Of a stretch of DNA of 64,000 bases, positions 50,081-64,000 are shown piece by piece (position 1 is the first letter of the stretch; each line of letters begins with the position of its first letter). Made by a program: the position numbers and the translations under genes. This DNA is from Nitrospirota bacterium (GTDB lineage: Bacteria > Nitrospirota > UBA9217), in NCBI GenBank assembly GCA_963796285.1, contig CAWCKW010000006.1, forward strand, positions 64,001 to 128,000, read 5' to 3'. The notes under the pieces were generated by a model, which was given only the letters and a program-made list of their open reading frames with translations, was not told where the DNA came from and made no database searches.

Positions 50081-51412
50081 ATGGATCAGGAACGCGTTTG
50101 GGAAGAGATACTGTTGCTCATAGAAAACCGTATGTCCAAGCAGGGTTACGACACCTGGTTCAGCCAGTCAAAGCTCCTTTCGATAGACGGCAACAAGATA
50201 CAGATCGAGGTCCCAAGCAAGTTCCATAGGGACTGGATAAAAGAGCATCACTGGAGCACTCTTTCTGATGTCATCAAGGAAGTAACCAAGCGGGAAGATG
50301 TGGAGATCGATTTCTTTGTCCAGCCACAGTTGGCGGCAAAAAAAACCGTTCGCCTGACCAAAGAAGAAAAAAAAGAGGGCCGTGAAGACAAGATAGGGCT
50401 CTTTGAAAAAAAGTATACCTTTGCCAATTTCGTCGTAGGTCCAAGCAATCAATTTGCACACGCTGCGGCCAAGGCCGTGGCGGACGCGCCTGGCCGATCG
50501 TACAATCCCCTCTTTATTTACAGCGGCGTCGGACTGGGCAAGACCCATCTCGTAAACGCCATCGGCCACCACATTCAGAGCAAATCTCCGCGAACAAAAG
50601 TTGCATACCTCTCATCCGAACAATTCACAAACGAACTCATTAACAAAATGAGCCATCAGCGGATGGAGGAGTTCCGGCAGAAGTATCGGAACATGGACGT
50701 CCTGCTCATAGATGATATCCAGTTCATTGCAGGCAAAGAGCGGACCCAGGAGGAGTTCTTTCATACCTTCAATACCCTCTATGAAGCACAGAAGCAGATA
50801 GTGCTCACCAGCGACCGCCAGCCCAAGGAAATTCCCGATATCGAGGAGCGGCTCCGTTCTCGATTCGAGTCCGGACTGATTTCGGACATTCAGCTGCCGG
50901 ACCTCGAGACTCGGATAGCAATCCTGAAGAAAAAGGCGGAGTTCTGGAGCATCCGACTGCCCGATGATGTTGCGGAATTTCTGGCCTCGATGATGAAAAG
51001 CAACATCCGGGAGCTTGAAGGCGGCCTGGTGAAGCTCGGTGCGGTCTCGTCGCTCACGAACACCGAGATAACGCAGGAGCTTGCCAAGAATGAGCTCAAG
51101 TATCTTCTTGACAGCAGGGAACGGGTTATCACCAACGAACTTGTGCAGAAAATCGTGTCCGAAGCGTTCGGCGTGAAAATCTCCGATCTCAAGTCGAAAC
51201 GCCGCACCAGGGCCGTGGTTCTGCCTCGCCAGGTCGCAATGTATCTCTGCAGAACGCTTGCCGGTTCATCGCTGCCTGATATAGGACTTTTCTTTGGCGG
51301 CAAGGACCACAGCACTGTCATTCACGCGTGCAAAGTAATTGAGGAAAAAAAAGAAAAAGACCCCGAGTTAAAAGCCAAGCTGGAGATGTTAATTAAACAG
51401 TTAAGACATTGA
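50081..51412 (+). CDS. dnaA: Chromosomal replication initiator
   Basis: YNPLFIYSGVGLGKTHL, DDIQF, TQEEFFHTFN, RELEG, DHSTVIHA. Confidence 0.98.
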   Translation: MDQERVWEEILLLIENRMSKQGYDTWFSQSKLLSIDGNKIQIEVPSKFHRDWIKEHHWSTLSDVIKEVTKREDVEIDFFVQPQLAAKKTVRLTKEEKKEGREDKIGLFEKKYTFANFVVGPSNQFAHAAAKAVADAPGRSYNPLFIYSGVGLGKTHLVNAIGHHIQSKSPRTKVAYLSSEQFTNELINKMSHQRMEEFRQKYRNMDVLLIDDIQFIAGKERTQEEFFHTFNTLYEAQKQIVLTSDRQPKEIPDIEERLRSRFESGLISDIQLPDLETRIAILKKKAEFWSIRLPDDVAEFLASMMKSNIRELEGGLVKLGAVSSLTNTEITQELAKNELKYLLDSRERVITNELVQKIVSEAFGVKISDLKSKRRTRAVVLPRQVAMYLCRTLAGSSLPDIGLFFGGKDHSTVIHACKVIEEKKEKDPELKAKLEMLIKQLRH

Positions 51413-51498
51413 AATATAAAGGCAATAAACCATAAAAAAATATTGCTATTTGCTGGGGATTCTGATAGTATTCGTGGACGTGACAGGAGGCTTCCCTG

Positions 51499-52614
51499 AT
51501 GAAACTGAAAATTAAAAAAGAGGAAATTCTGAAGGGGTTGCAGAGGATCCAGGGTGTCGTGGAAAAGAAGAACACCATGCCTATTCTCTCGAACATGCTC
51601 CTTATTGCAGATGACCGCGGTGTGGAGATAATCGCTACGGACCTTGAGATCGGGCTGCGCGGGCGTTATGAGGCGGCAGTCGATAAGCCCGGCGCCGTCA
51701 CCGTGTCAGCGAAGAAAATGTATGAGATCGTGCGTGAGCTACCAGCCGATGACATACAGATCAACGTCGAAGAAAATAACTGGGTCAGGATACAAACGGG
51801 CCATTCACAGTTCAAGCTCGTCGGGTTGCCAAGGGACGAGTATCCTGCGCTCCCTGATGTCGCGGAAGAAGGTATGATCGTCATCGAAGGCGATACGCTT
51901 CGCGACATGATCAAGAAGACGCTCTATGCCGTGGGCGAAAACGATGCGCGGTATGTGCTGAACGGCCTCTTTGTCCACATGACCCAGACCAAAGGCGGCC
52001 TCAACATCAGGATGGTCGGCACCGACGGACACCGACTTTCGATGATAGATCGTGTGGTTGATGCCAAGCACAAGGAAGAGGGCATCATCATCCCCAAAAA
52101 GGCGATGGTAGAGCTTCGGCGGCTCCTTGAGGAAGATGCTCCCAAGACCGAGCTTAGGCTTGGGTTCAGCAAGAACCACGCGCTGTTTAAGCGTGACGGC
52201 CTGGTCATGGTATCAAAGCTCATCGACGGCAACTATCCCAACTACCTCCAGGTTGTGCCTGCGAAGAGTACGAAGAAGGTCACCGTGTCCAAAGACGCGT
52301 TCACCCATGCGGTGAAGCGCGTTTCGATCCTGTCCAAGGAAAAGACCAACGCCGTAAAACTGCAGCTTGAATCGGGCAGGCTCATTCTTTCCACGAACAA
52401 TCCGGAAGTGGGTGAGGCGAATGAAGAGCTGGTGGTGGATTACAAGGGCGAGGCGATTGCGATCGGGTTCAATTCACGCTATCTCATGGATGTGCTTATG
52501 GCCATGGACCGCGAGACCATCTCTCTTGAGCTGAGCGATGCGCTGAGCCCGTGCCTGATCACGGAAGAGGGCGACGAAAATTATAAGTGCGTTGTGATGC
52601 CGATGAGGGTGTAA
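51499..52614 (+). CDS. dnaN: DNA polymerase III beta clamp
   Basis: PILSN, ATDLE, TDGHRL, GNYPNY, VVMPMR. Confidence 0.98.
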   Translation: MKLKIKKEEILKGLQRIQGVVEKKNTMPILSNMLLIADDRGVEIIATDLEIGLRGRYEAAVDKPGAVTVSAKKMYEIVRELPADDIQINVEENNWVRIQTGHSQFKLVGLPRDEYPALPDVAEEGMIVIEGDTLRDMIKKTLYAVGENDARYVLNGLFVHMTQTKGGLNIRMVGTDGHRLSMIDRVVDAKHKEEGIIIPKKAMVELRRLLEEDAPKTELRLGFSKNHALFKRDGLVMVSKLIDGNYPNYLQVVPAKSTKKVTVSKDAFTHAVKRVSILSKEKTNAVKLQLESGRLILSTNNPEVGEANEELVVDYKGEAIAIGFNSRYLMDVLMAMDRETISLELSDALSPCLITEEGDENYKCVVMPMRV

Positions 52615-52721
52615 GAAAAAAGCCCAACGCCAAACCCAAAATAAAATTCTAAAATACCAATAACCGATATCAGCGATGTTTGGCATTCGCGATTGTCTAT
52701 TGGGGCTTATTTGAGATTTGA

Positions 52722-55205
<2,484 letters not shown>

Positions 55206-55326
55206 ACAGAGTCGGGAGTCCAACGTGTGTTGTGCGTCTAAAGAACTCAGGACACAGCGCTCATCACTTGACTTTCAACTCTTTAGACCCCAGAGAACTC
55301 AATAGTTTCGAAAGACTGATACCATC

Positions 55327-57819
55327 ATGGAACCTCAAGAGATAAAATCACAGATCAATATCGAGCAGGAGATGAAGACCTCTTACCTCGATTACTCCAT
55401 GAGCGTCATCGTGGGACGGGCGCTTCCTGATGTGCGCGACGGCCTAAAGCCCGTGCATAGGCGGATTCTCTATGCCATGTTCCGCGAAGGGCTCCTGCAC
55501 AATAAGAAGTATTCAAAGAGCGCCGGTGTTGTGGGCGAGGTCCTGAAGAAGTACCATCCCCACGGCGACAGCGCGGTGTATGACACCATGGTCAGGATGG
55601 CCCAGGACTTCAACATGCGCTATCCGCTTGTGGACGGTCAGGGCAACTTCGGGTCTGTTGACGGCGACCCGGCAGCGGCGTACCGGTATACCGAAGCGCG
55701 GCTTACCAAATTGGCAGAAGAGCTGCTTGCTGACATTGACAAGGAGACGGTTGATTTCACTCCGAACTTTGACGACACGACGGTCGAGCCGTCTGTGCTG
55801 CCCACGCGTGTCCCCAACCTTCTGATCAACGGTTCCGCCGGCATCGCCGTGGGCATGGCCACGAACATCCCTCCGCATAATCTTTCCGAGGTCGTTGGCG
55901 GGCTCATCATGATGATCGACAACCCCGAAGTCACGATCCCCGAACTCATGACCTCGATCAAGGGGCCGGACTTTCCGACTGCCGGCTTTATCCACGGCTA
56001 TGAAGGCATCCGCCAGGCCTATATGACGGGCCGGGGCATCATCCAGATGCGTGCCCGGGCAACGATCGAAGAAGGCAAGGGCGACCGTGAGAGCGTCGTC
56101 GTGACCGAGCTCCCTTATCAGGTGAACAAGGCACGACTACTTGAGCGGATCGCCGAGCTTGTCCAGGAGAAGAAGATCACGGGCATATCCGAGATCCGCG
56201 ATGAGTCGGACCGCGAAGGCATGCGCATCGCGATCGATCTGAAAAAAGGCGAGCTCTCAACAGTGATCCTGAACCAGCTCTTCAAACATACGGCCATGCA
56301 ATCGACCTTTGGTGTGATCATGCTCGCGCTCGTGAACAACCAGCCCCGTGTGTTGAATCTGCGCAAGCTCCTGTCGAACTTTATCCAGCATCGCAGGGAA
56401 GTGGTGGTGCGCAGGACCAAGTTCGACCTGAGAAAAGCTGAGGAGCGCGCACATATCCTGTTGGGGCTCAAAATCGCACTCGATAATCTCGATGCGGTCA
56501 TCGCGCTGATCAAGGCGTCGGCGAACCCGGAGGAGGCCAGGATTGGGCTGGTTCGTGAGTTCACACTCTCGGAGATCCAGGCCCAGGCCATCCTTGAGAT
56601 GCGGCTCCAGCGGCTTACGGGACTTGAGCGAGACAAGATTATTGCGGAATATGAAGAGGTGCTCAAGGAAATCGCTCGATTGACCGAAATACTCGGTTCC
56701 GACGCGCTGGTGATGAAAATCATCAGGGACGAGTTGCTTGCCCTCAAAGCAGAGTACGGCGATGCGCGCCGGACCGAGATTGTGGCACAAACTTCGGAGA
56801 TCGACATCGAGGACCTGATCAAGGACGAGGATATGGTGATCACCATCTCTCATGCGGGCTATATCAAACGCATCCCGCTCACGACCTATCGTGCGCAACG
56901 GCGCGGCGGCAAGGGCAAGATGGGGATGGAGACCAAGGAAACCGATTTTGTCGAACGGCTCTTCACGGCCACCACGCACAGCTATATCCTTTTCTTCACG
57001 AACAAGGGCCGGGTGTACTGGCTTAAGGTGCACCAGATTCCCGAGGCAGGCAGGCAGGCAAAGGGCAAGGCGATCGTGAACCTGCTCCAGATGGGACAGA
57101 ATGAACGGGTCACGGCCGCTCTCCCGATTCGCCATTTTACGCCGGACAAATTCATCCTAATGGCGACGAAAAGGGGCATTATCAAGAAAACAGAGCTTGA
57201 TTCGTACAGTCATCCGCGGCCCTCGGGCATCATCGCGATCACGCTTGAAGAGGGTGACGAGCTCATCGCGGCTGAGGTGACGGACGGCAAATGCGATGTG
57301 TTCCTCGGTACCAAGGATGGTCTCTCGATCAGGTTCTCTGAGACCGATGTGCGGGAGATCGGTCGCACCGGTAAGGGTGTGATCGGGATACGGCTCGATA
57401 AGGGCAACGAGGTCGTCGGTATGGAGATCGTGCGCGACGATTCCACGATCCTGACCGTGACCGAGAACGGCTACGGCAAACGAAGCACGCTCGAAGACTA
57501 CCGAAGCCAGGGCAGGGGCGGCAAGGGCATCATCACAATCAAGATCATGGAAAAGAATGGCCGGGTGGTCGGCATGGCTCAGGTGTCCGCGGAAGACGAG
57601 ATCATTCTCATAACGTCGAACGGCAAGGTAATTCGCATCCGGGCCAAAGACATTTCGGTTCAAGGTAGGAACACGCAGGGCGTGCGACTCTTCGATATCG
57701 AAGAGGGCGATAAAGTGGTCAGCTTTGCTAAGGTGGCAGAACGTGAAGAAGAAAAAGAAACAGCTCCGGAGAAGAGCTCGCCGGAGCCGTCCGATGCCCA
57801 GGATACCAGCGCGTCATGA
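55327..57819 (+). CDS. gyrA: DNA gyrase subunit A
   Basis: [22 protein letters not shown], GyrA-box QRRGGKG. Confidence 0.98.
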   Translation: MEPQEIKSQINIEQEMKTSYLDYSMSVIVGRALPDVRDGLKPVHRRILYAMFREGLLHNKKYSKSAGVVGEVLKKYHPHGDSAVYDTMVRMAQDFNMRYPLVDGQGNFGSVDGDPAAAYRYTEARLTKLAEELLADIDKETVDFTPNFDDTTVEPSVLPTRVPNLLINGSAGIAVGMATNIPPHNLSEVVGGLIMMIDNPEVTIPELMTSIKGPDFPTAGFIHGYEGIRQAYMTGRGIIQMRARATIEEGKGDRESVVVTELPYQVNKARLLERIAELVQEKKITGISEIRDESDREGMRIAIDLKKGELSTVILNQLFKHTAMQSTFGVIMLALVNNQPRVLNLRKLLSNFIQHRREVVVRRTKFDLRKAEERAHILLGLKIALDNLDAVIALIKASANPEEARIGLVREFTLSEIQAQAILEMRLQRLTGLERDKIIAEYEEVLKEIARLTEILGSDALVMKIIRDELLALKAEYGDARRTEIVAQTSEIDIEDLIKDEDMVITISHAGYIKRIPLTTYRAQRRGGKGKMGMETKETDFVERLFTATTHSYILFFTNKGRVYWLKVHQIPEAGRQAKGKAIVNLLQMGQNERVTAALPIRHFTPDKFILMATKRGIIKKTELDSYSHPRPSGIIAITLEEGDELIAAEVTDGKCDVFLGTKDGLSIRFSETDVREIGRTGKGVIGIRLDKGNEVVGMEIVRDDSTILTVTENGYGKRSTLEDYRSQGRGGKGIITIKIMEKNGRVVGMAQVSAEDEIILITSNGKVIRIRAKDISVQGRNTQGVRLFDIEEGDKVVSFAKVAEREEEKETAPEKSSPEPSDAQDTSAS

Positions 57820-58607
57820 AGAAGCTTGTGATTGTTCTTCTGCTTACGATATTCGTGTTGTCTGGCTGTAATGTTTTTGATAAGGCCGCGCAGAACGAGT
57901 TTGAGGCTGCGACCAAGCTCTGGAATGCAGGTGATTACCAGAGTGCAGTCAGGCTGTATTTTGAGCTCGTTAAGGAGCACCCCTCCAGTTCGCGAGCTGA
58001 TGACGCACTTTACTGGGCAGGGGTGACGCAATTCCTTTACCTCGGCGAGACCGAGAAGGCGCTTCAGACCTTGCGACTGCTCTTGAAACGGTATCCGCAA
58101 AGGGACATGGCGCCCGCTGCCCAGTGGTACATCGCCCAGATCTATGAGCTCGGATACAGTGATTACGAACGCGCTACGGCGGAATACCGAAGGGCTGCGG
58201 AGTATTCGGACCGCGAGGTGAGGGAAAAGAGCCTGTACAGTCTTGCCGATAATCTGTTCCGTCTCGGCAAGCGGGACGAAGCGCGCGATATCTGGATGCT
58301 GCAGGTGGCGGAATTCCCCAACGGGCCGCAGTCACGGATTGCCTATTACCGGCTGGGGACCGCTGCATTTGCAAAGGGCGAGCTGAAAAGCGCAGAGTCG
58401 TATTACCGAAAAACGCTTGAGAATAGCACCGATAAAGAGCTTGCAATCAAGGCCACGTTCGCCCTCGCCGGCTGTTTTGAAGCAGATGATAGTCTGGCAG
58501 AAGCGCTCAAGCTCTACAAGGAGATTGAACCCGTCTATTCGAATCCAGAGGCCATTCAGATCAAGATCCGGGCGCTCGAGACCAGGATCATTAAGAAAAG
58601 TTATTGA
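57816..58607 (+). CDS. TPR-repeat lipoprotein (BamD/CpoB-like)
   Basis: Lipobox LSGC; repeated TPR helices. Confidence 0.8.
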   Translation: MKKLVIVLLLTIFVLSGCNVFDKAAQNEFEAATKLWNAGDYQSAVRLYFELVKEHPSSSRADDALYWAGVTQFLYLGETEKALQTLRLLLKRYPQRDMAPAAQWYIAQIYELGYSDYERATAEYRRAAEYSDREVREKSLYSLADNLFRLGKRDEARDIWMLQVAEFPNGPQSRIAYYRLGTAAFAKGELKSAESYYRKTLENSTDKELAIKATFALAGCFEADDSLAEALKLYKEIEPVYSNPEAIQIKIRALETRIIKKSY

Positions 58608-58634
58608 CAACATACAAGGAGAATGTTACCTTAA

Positions 58635-59930
<1,296 letters not shown>

Positions 59931-59966
59931 GTGGTTCACGCGGTTTAAACCGACGTGCAAGTTCAC

Positions 59967-60052
<86 letters not shown>

Positions 60053-60160
60053 AATCTATCGATAGTCTTTAGAATCTAGCGAGTTGCAAGTCTCACGAAT
60101 CGAAGAATTACATTTGTTAGACTCTATAAACCCGATGGATTCAATTGGCAGTAGCAACGC

Positions 60161-60250
60161 GGAGAGGTGGCCGAGCGGCTGAAGGCAGCTGCCTGCTAAG
60201 CAGTTGTGGGGGTGACTCCACCCCGGGTTCGAATCCCGGCCTCTCCGCCA
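60161..60250 (+). tRNA. tRNA-Ser(GCT)
   Basis: Anticodon loop CTGCTAA, long variable arm, CCA end. Confidence 0.95.
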
Positions 60251-60340
60251 TTTTGAGACTGTGCGTGCAAAGAATACATAAAAGCAGGCGATGTGCCTGC
60301 ATATTGCGTTCAAAAAAAGATTGTGAAGGAGGATGTATCG

Positions 60341-60856
60341 ATGAAGAAGCTTCTAACAGTTATTCTGGTCAGTGGTCTCGTATTTTCATTCGCGGGTTGC
60401 AAGAAAAAAGAGGAGAAACCGCAATTGCCCCCAGGACACCCGAGCATGGAAGGCGGAATACCGACAGGTACGGGTATGCCTGCAGCTATGCCGAAGGTAG
60501 ACCGCACCGTCACGGTTTCTAAAGAAGTATCAACGAAATGGTCCGCAGTAAAGCTTGCGGTCGAGGACAAGGTTGCGAAGTCCAAGAAAGAATATACCAT
60601 AGCGGTAGGGTCTGAGCTGGCAGTACCGAACACGAAGGTCAAAGTTAAGGTTCTCGCATTCCTGCCGGACTTCAAGATGGGCGACAAGGAAATCACGTCA
60701 CTTTCCGACAAGTCGAACAATCCTGCGGTGCAGGTGTTGGTGACTGAGCCGGGTAAAGAAGACTGGAAAGGCTGGCTCTTTTCCCTGAACCCTAGTATTC
60801 ATCCGTTCTCCCATGAGAAGCTCGCAATCACGCTCGTGGGTGGTGTTTCGAAGTAA
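60341..60856 (+). CDS. DUF2155-like lipoprotein
   Basis: Lipobox FAGC, LPPGHP, FLPDF, NNPAV, GWLF, HPFSH. Confidence 0.7.
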   Translation: MKKLLTVILVSGLVFSFAGCKKKEEKPQLPPGHPSMEGGIPTGTGMPAAMPKVDRTVTVSKEVSTKWSAVKLAVEDKVAKSKKEYTIAVGSELAVPNTKVKVKVLAFLPDFKMGDKEITSLSDKSNNPAVQVLVTEPGKEDWKGWLFSLNPSIHPFSHEKLAITLVGGVSK

Positions 60857-60921
60857 TCGTGACCGGCGCAATCCTGTCAATCGGTGCACAGATGCATACT
60901 TGCATCTGTGCGCTTTATTTT

Positions 60922-60998
60922 GCGCCCATAGCTCAGCTGGATAGAGCAACGGACTACGAATCCGTAGGCCAGAGGTTCGAATCCTCTTGGGCGCACCA
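60922..60998 (+). tRNA. tRNA-Arg(ACG)
   Basis: GCGCCCA...TGGGCGCACCA, anticodon loop CTACGAA. Confidence 0.96.
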
Positions 60999-61012
60999 TT
61001 CTTAAAAAAAAG

Positions 61013-61486
61013 ATGAACCGACCGGGGTGCAGAACGGACAAAGATTTTATGCGCATGGCGCTGGCCGAGGCTGAGAAGGCCGTCGCGTGCGGAGAAATCC
61101 CGGTTGGTGCCGTGCTGGTGATCGCGGGTGAGGTCATCGCAGTTGCGCATAATATGCGCGAGACCTGGCAGGACCCTACAGCACACGCAGAAACACTGGC
61201 GCTCAGGGAGGCGGCTGCGAGGCTTGGCAGGTGGCGGTTACAGGACGCAACTCTCTACGTGACCCTCGAGCCCTGTCTTATGTGTGCGGGCGCGTTGGTG
61301 CTCGCACGGGTCAACAGGCTAGTCTACGGCTGCCGGGACCCCAAAGCTGGCGCACTCGGGTCCGTATATGATGTGGTGCGTGACGGCGGGTTGAATCATG
61401 TGTACCGGATCACGCCGGGAGTGCTCGAGGCTGAATGCCGGCAGATACTCTCAGGGTTTTTTGAAAAACTTCGAGAGAAAGTCTAA
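61013..61486 (+). CDS. tadA: tRNA adenosine(34) deaminase
   Basis: EIPVGAV, DPTAHAE, TLEPCLMCAGA, FFEKLR. Confidence 0.94.
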   Translation: MNRPGCRTDKDFMRMALAEAEKAVACGEIPVGAVLVIAGEVIAVAHNMRETWQDPTAHAETLALREAAARLGRWRLQDATLYVTLEPCLMCAGALVLARVNRLVYGCRDPKAGALGSVYDVVRDGGLNHVYRITPGVLEAECRQILSGFFEKLREKV

Positions 61487-61539
61487 AGAGTGAGTAATAT
61501 CACGAATGAGAGGTAACAATCCGCAGACCATGGTTATCC

Positions 61540-61630
61540 GGAGAGGTGGCCGAGCTGGCTGAAGGCGGCAGTCTCGAAAACTGTTGTGGGGGTAACTCCA
61601 CCGGGGGTTCAAATCCCCCCCTCTCCGCCA
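61540..61630 (+). tRNA. tRNA-Ser(CGA)
   Basis: Anticodon loop CTCGAAA, long variable arm, CCA end. Confidence 0.95.
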
Positions 61631-61747
61631 AGTTCACTAATAAGGATCAGATTCAACGCACTGAGTTAAGCAAAGCAAGACGATACGAGCGAGGGATTAG
61701 TTTATTATTTTTAAACTACGAACTCCGGACCGTGAACTGTAGCAAAC

Positions 61748-61835
61748 GGAGAGGTGGCCGAGCGGCTGAAGGCGCACGCTTGGAAAGCGTGTTTAGGGAA
61801 ACTTAACGTGGGTTCGAACCCCACCCTCTCCGCCA
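61748..61835 (+). tRNA. tRNA-Ser(GGA)
   Basis: Anticodon loop TTGGAAA, long variable arm, CCA end. Confidence 0.95.
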
Positions 61836-61947
61836 TATTGAAAAACAGACTCAAGAGTCGTGCCGGTTGGGAGACTAAAGAGTTTGATTTAGCACTCTTA
61901 AGACCCTATAAATAAACTCGTTAGAAAGAATAGACTTGCAAAGTAGC

Positions 61948-62059
61948 GCTCATGAGCCCGGGTCCTGCGCAACCATGGTCCGTGAATCCCGTCAGGTCCG
62001 GAAGGAAGCAGCGGTAAACGGGTTCCTGGTGTGCCGCAGGGAAGCCCGGGCTTGTGAGC
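61948..62059 (+). ncRNA. ffs: Signal recognition particle RNA (small 4.5S type)
   Basis: GTCAGGTCCGGAAGGAAGCAGC domain IV core in a long hairpin, T-run after, upstream of dnaX. Confidence 0.93.
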
Positions 62060-62151
62060 TTTTTTTTTAACAGGTTGCCCCTCGTCCGATTATATTGTTC
62101 GGGGTCAGTGGTAATCTCAGTATTGGGCTGTCCCGTCATGATGAGGATTTC

Positions 62152-63789
62152 ATGAGCTATCAGGTTTTGGCAAGAAAATGGAGGCCACAGGTATTCGATG
62201 ATGTAGTGGGTCAGGCGCACATCACGCGGACACTTCAGAACGCCATTATTACCGACCGGCTTGCCCATGCATTCCTCTTCTCCGGCCCGCGAGGCGTAGG
62301 CAAGACTACCACCGCGCGTATTCTTGCCAAGGCGCTCAACTGCATAAAAGGGCCTACTCCAACGCCCTGCGGTACGTGCGATTCGTGTCTCGAGACCGCA
62401 GCCGGCACGTCCGTGGACGTCATCGAGATCGACGGAGCATCGAACCGCGGTATAGAGCATATTCGAGAGCTGCGCGAGGCCGTCAAGTATGCGCCCGTGG
62501 TCGGCAAGTACAAGGTCTACGTGATCGACGAGGTCCACATGCTCACGAACGAGGCATTTAATGCCTTGCTCAAGACCCTCGAAGAACCGCCACCCCATGT
62601 CCTCTTTATCTTCGCGACCACCGAACCCCAGAAGATCCCCGCCACGATCCACTCCCGCTGCCAGCGTTATGGCTTTAAGCGGGTCGCGCTCCATGACATT
62701 ATCGAGAGGCTGCGCACGATCGCTGCTGCCGAGGGTATCACCATAACGGACCAGGGTCTGGCCATGATCGCCCGAGCCGCTGAAGGAAGCATGCGGGACT
62801 CGCAGAGCATCCTGGACCAGGCGGTATCGTACAGCGGCATGGAGATCCGGGATGAAGATCTCCAGGCAACCCTCGGCTCCGTTGCTCAGGCCACGCTATT
62901 AACATTCACTGCAGAACTCTTATCACGGGACACCGCTGGCTTGCTCAAACAGGTGGATGCGTTGCTGGAGCAGGGGCAGGACATGCGCCAGTTCCTGGCG
63001 GGCGTTGTTGAACACCTCCGGAACCTTATGGTCGTGAAGATCGCGACAAATCCCGGACGGATCATTGAGCTTCCTGCTGCGGACATAGAGGCGATCAAAC
63101 AACAGGCAGGCGGTGCTGAATCTGAACACCTCCTGATGCTTTTTGACAGCCTGTCAAGGACCCTTGAAGACATGCGATGGTCGCCCTACCAGCGGTTCAC
63201 GATCGAGATCGGTCTCATCAAAGCATGCAATCTAGCACCGCTCAAGCCGCTTGGCGAGGTGCTTGGAATGCTGAACGGGCTTGAAGCGCGGCTCGCCACG
63301 GGCCAGAGGCCGACCGTGCCGGCAGTGTCCGCCGCACACCATATCAGCGAACGGTCTGTGGAATATCGAGCGAAGCCGTTGGCGGTCCCGGCACAGCATG
63401 CTCCACGAGCGGAGGGTGGACAGGATGACTTCTGGGGCAGTATTATGACAGCCCTGAAATCAAAAAAGCCGGGACTGGCATCGGCGCTGGGGCATTGCAG
63501 GCTTATCGAGCTGTCGGAGAACCAGATCGTGGTCGGCGTGCAGGGCAATGCTTTTCAACTGGAGCTTGTTGAAAAACGCGAAAGCCGGGTCCTGATTGAG
63601 GAGATTGCCACAGAAATCCTGAAGAAAAAGGTGAATATAAAGATCCAGCCTCTTGCGGCAACCCCGCAGCCCGGTGCAAAAACGACGCAAAAAAAAGGCA
63701 AGCCTGACGATCAGGATCCAGCAGTGCAGGATGTGCTCAAGGTCTTTACGCAGGGCGAGGTGATCGAGCAGAACCATTCTCATGAGTGA
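62152..63789 (+). CDS. dnaX: DNA polymerase III subunit gamma/tau
   Basis: YQVLARKWRP, GPRGVGKTT, EIDGASNRG, IDEVHML, SRCQ, GSMRD. Confidence 0.97.
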   Translation: MSYQVLARKWRPQVFDDVVGQAHITRTLQNAIITDRLAHAFLFSGPRGVGKTTTARILAKALNCIKGPTPTPCGTCDSCLETAAGTSVDVIEIDGASNRGIEHIRELREAVKYAPVVGKYKVYVIDEVHMLTNEAFNALLKTLEEPPPHVLFIFATTEPQKIPATIHSRCQRYGFKRVALHDIIERLRTIAAAEGITITDQGLAMIARAAEGSMRDSQSILDQAVSYSGMEIRDEDLQATLGSVAQATLLTFTAELLSRDTAGLLKQVDALLEQGQDMRQFLAGVVEHLRNLMVVKIATNPGRIIELPAADIEAIKQQAGGAESEHLLMLFDSLSRTLEDMRWSPYQRFTIEIGLIKACNLAPLKPLGEVLGMLNGLEARLATGQRPTVPAVSAAHHISERSVEYRAKPLAVPAQHAPRAEGGQDDFWGSIMTALKSKKPGLASALGHCRLIELSENQIVVGVQGNAFQLELVEKRESRVLIEEIATEILKKKVNIKIQPLAATPQPGAKTTQKKGKPDDQDPAVQDVLKVFTQGEVIEQNHSHE

Positions 63790-64000
63790 ACAAAACACGC
63801 GGCAGCGCATCCCGTATTACACATTTGTTTTTTTTATATACCCATAAACCATTCAATTTTAGTTGCAAAACCGTAAAAATTCTTTTATTATATTATTCCT
63901 TTTACCCCGTTCGAGGATGCGAGAACACTTCTGACCTTTGACGGCGGTTGATATCATACCAGAACGAGTTATTGTACACAGGGTCGCTGGAGTACTCGAC

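Overview
Chromosomal origin region of an anaerobic, moderately GC-rich bacterium. Gene content and order suggest Nitrospirota or a Desulfobacterota-like lineage; this is inference, not a database result. The right part (43-64 kb) is core: yidC-yidD-rnpA-rpmH, a Bacillus-type oriC unwinding element (AT-rich cluster, six TAG DnaA-trios, DnaA boxes) about 2.2 kb upstream of dnaA, then dnaA-dnaN-gyrB-gyrA, serS with all four tRNA-Ser isoacceptors, tRNA-Arg(ACG)-tadA, SRP RNA and dnaX. The left part holds a Clp1-like kinase, two parS sites, hcp, parAB, bactofilin, a large purL and rlpA, then an accessory block. The standout is a co-oriented cluster at 24.0-36.7 kb behind a sigma54 promoter. It combines a complete corrinoid methyl-transfer system (two Zn-motif MtaA/CmuA-family methyltransferases, an MtrH-like methyltransferase, a corrinoid protein, a RACo/ASKHA activator), an HdrE/HdrD-like membrane oxidoreductase and the Methanosarcinales-type coenzyme M genes cysteate synthase and fused ComDE. 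This points to a possible CoM/thiol-dependent methyl metabolism in a non-methanogenic bacterium (no mcr in the window). Many genes left of 38 kb carry single-base indels that look like sequencing errors. Staggered 7-9-mer dyad repeats occur between genes and inside two coding sequences.
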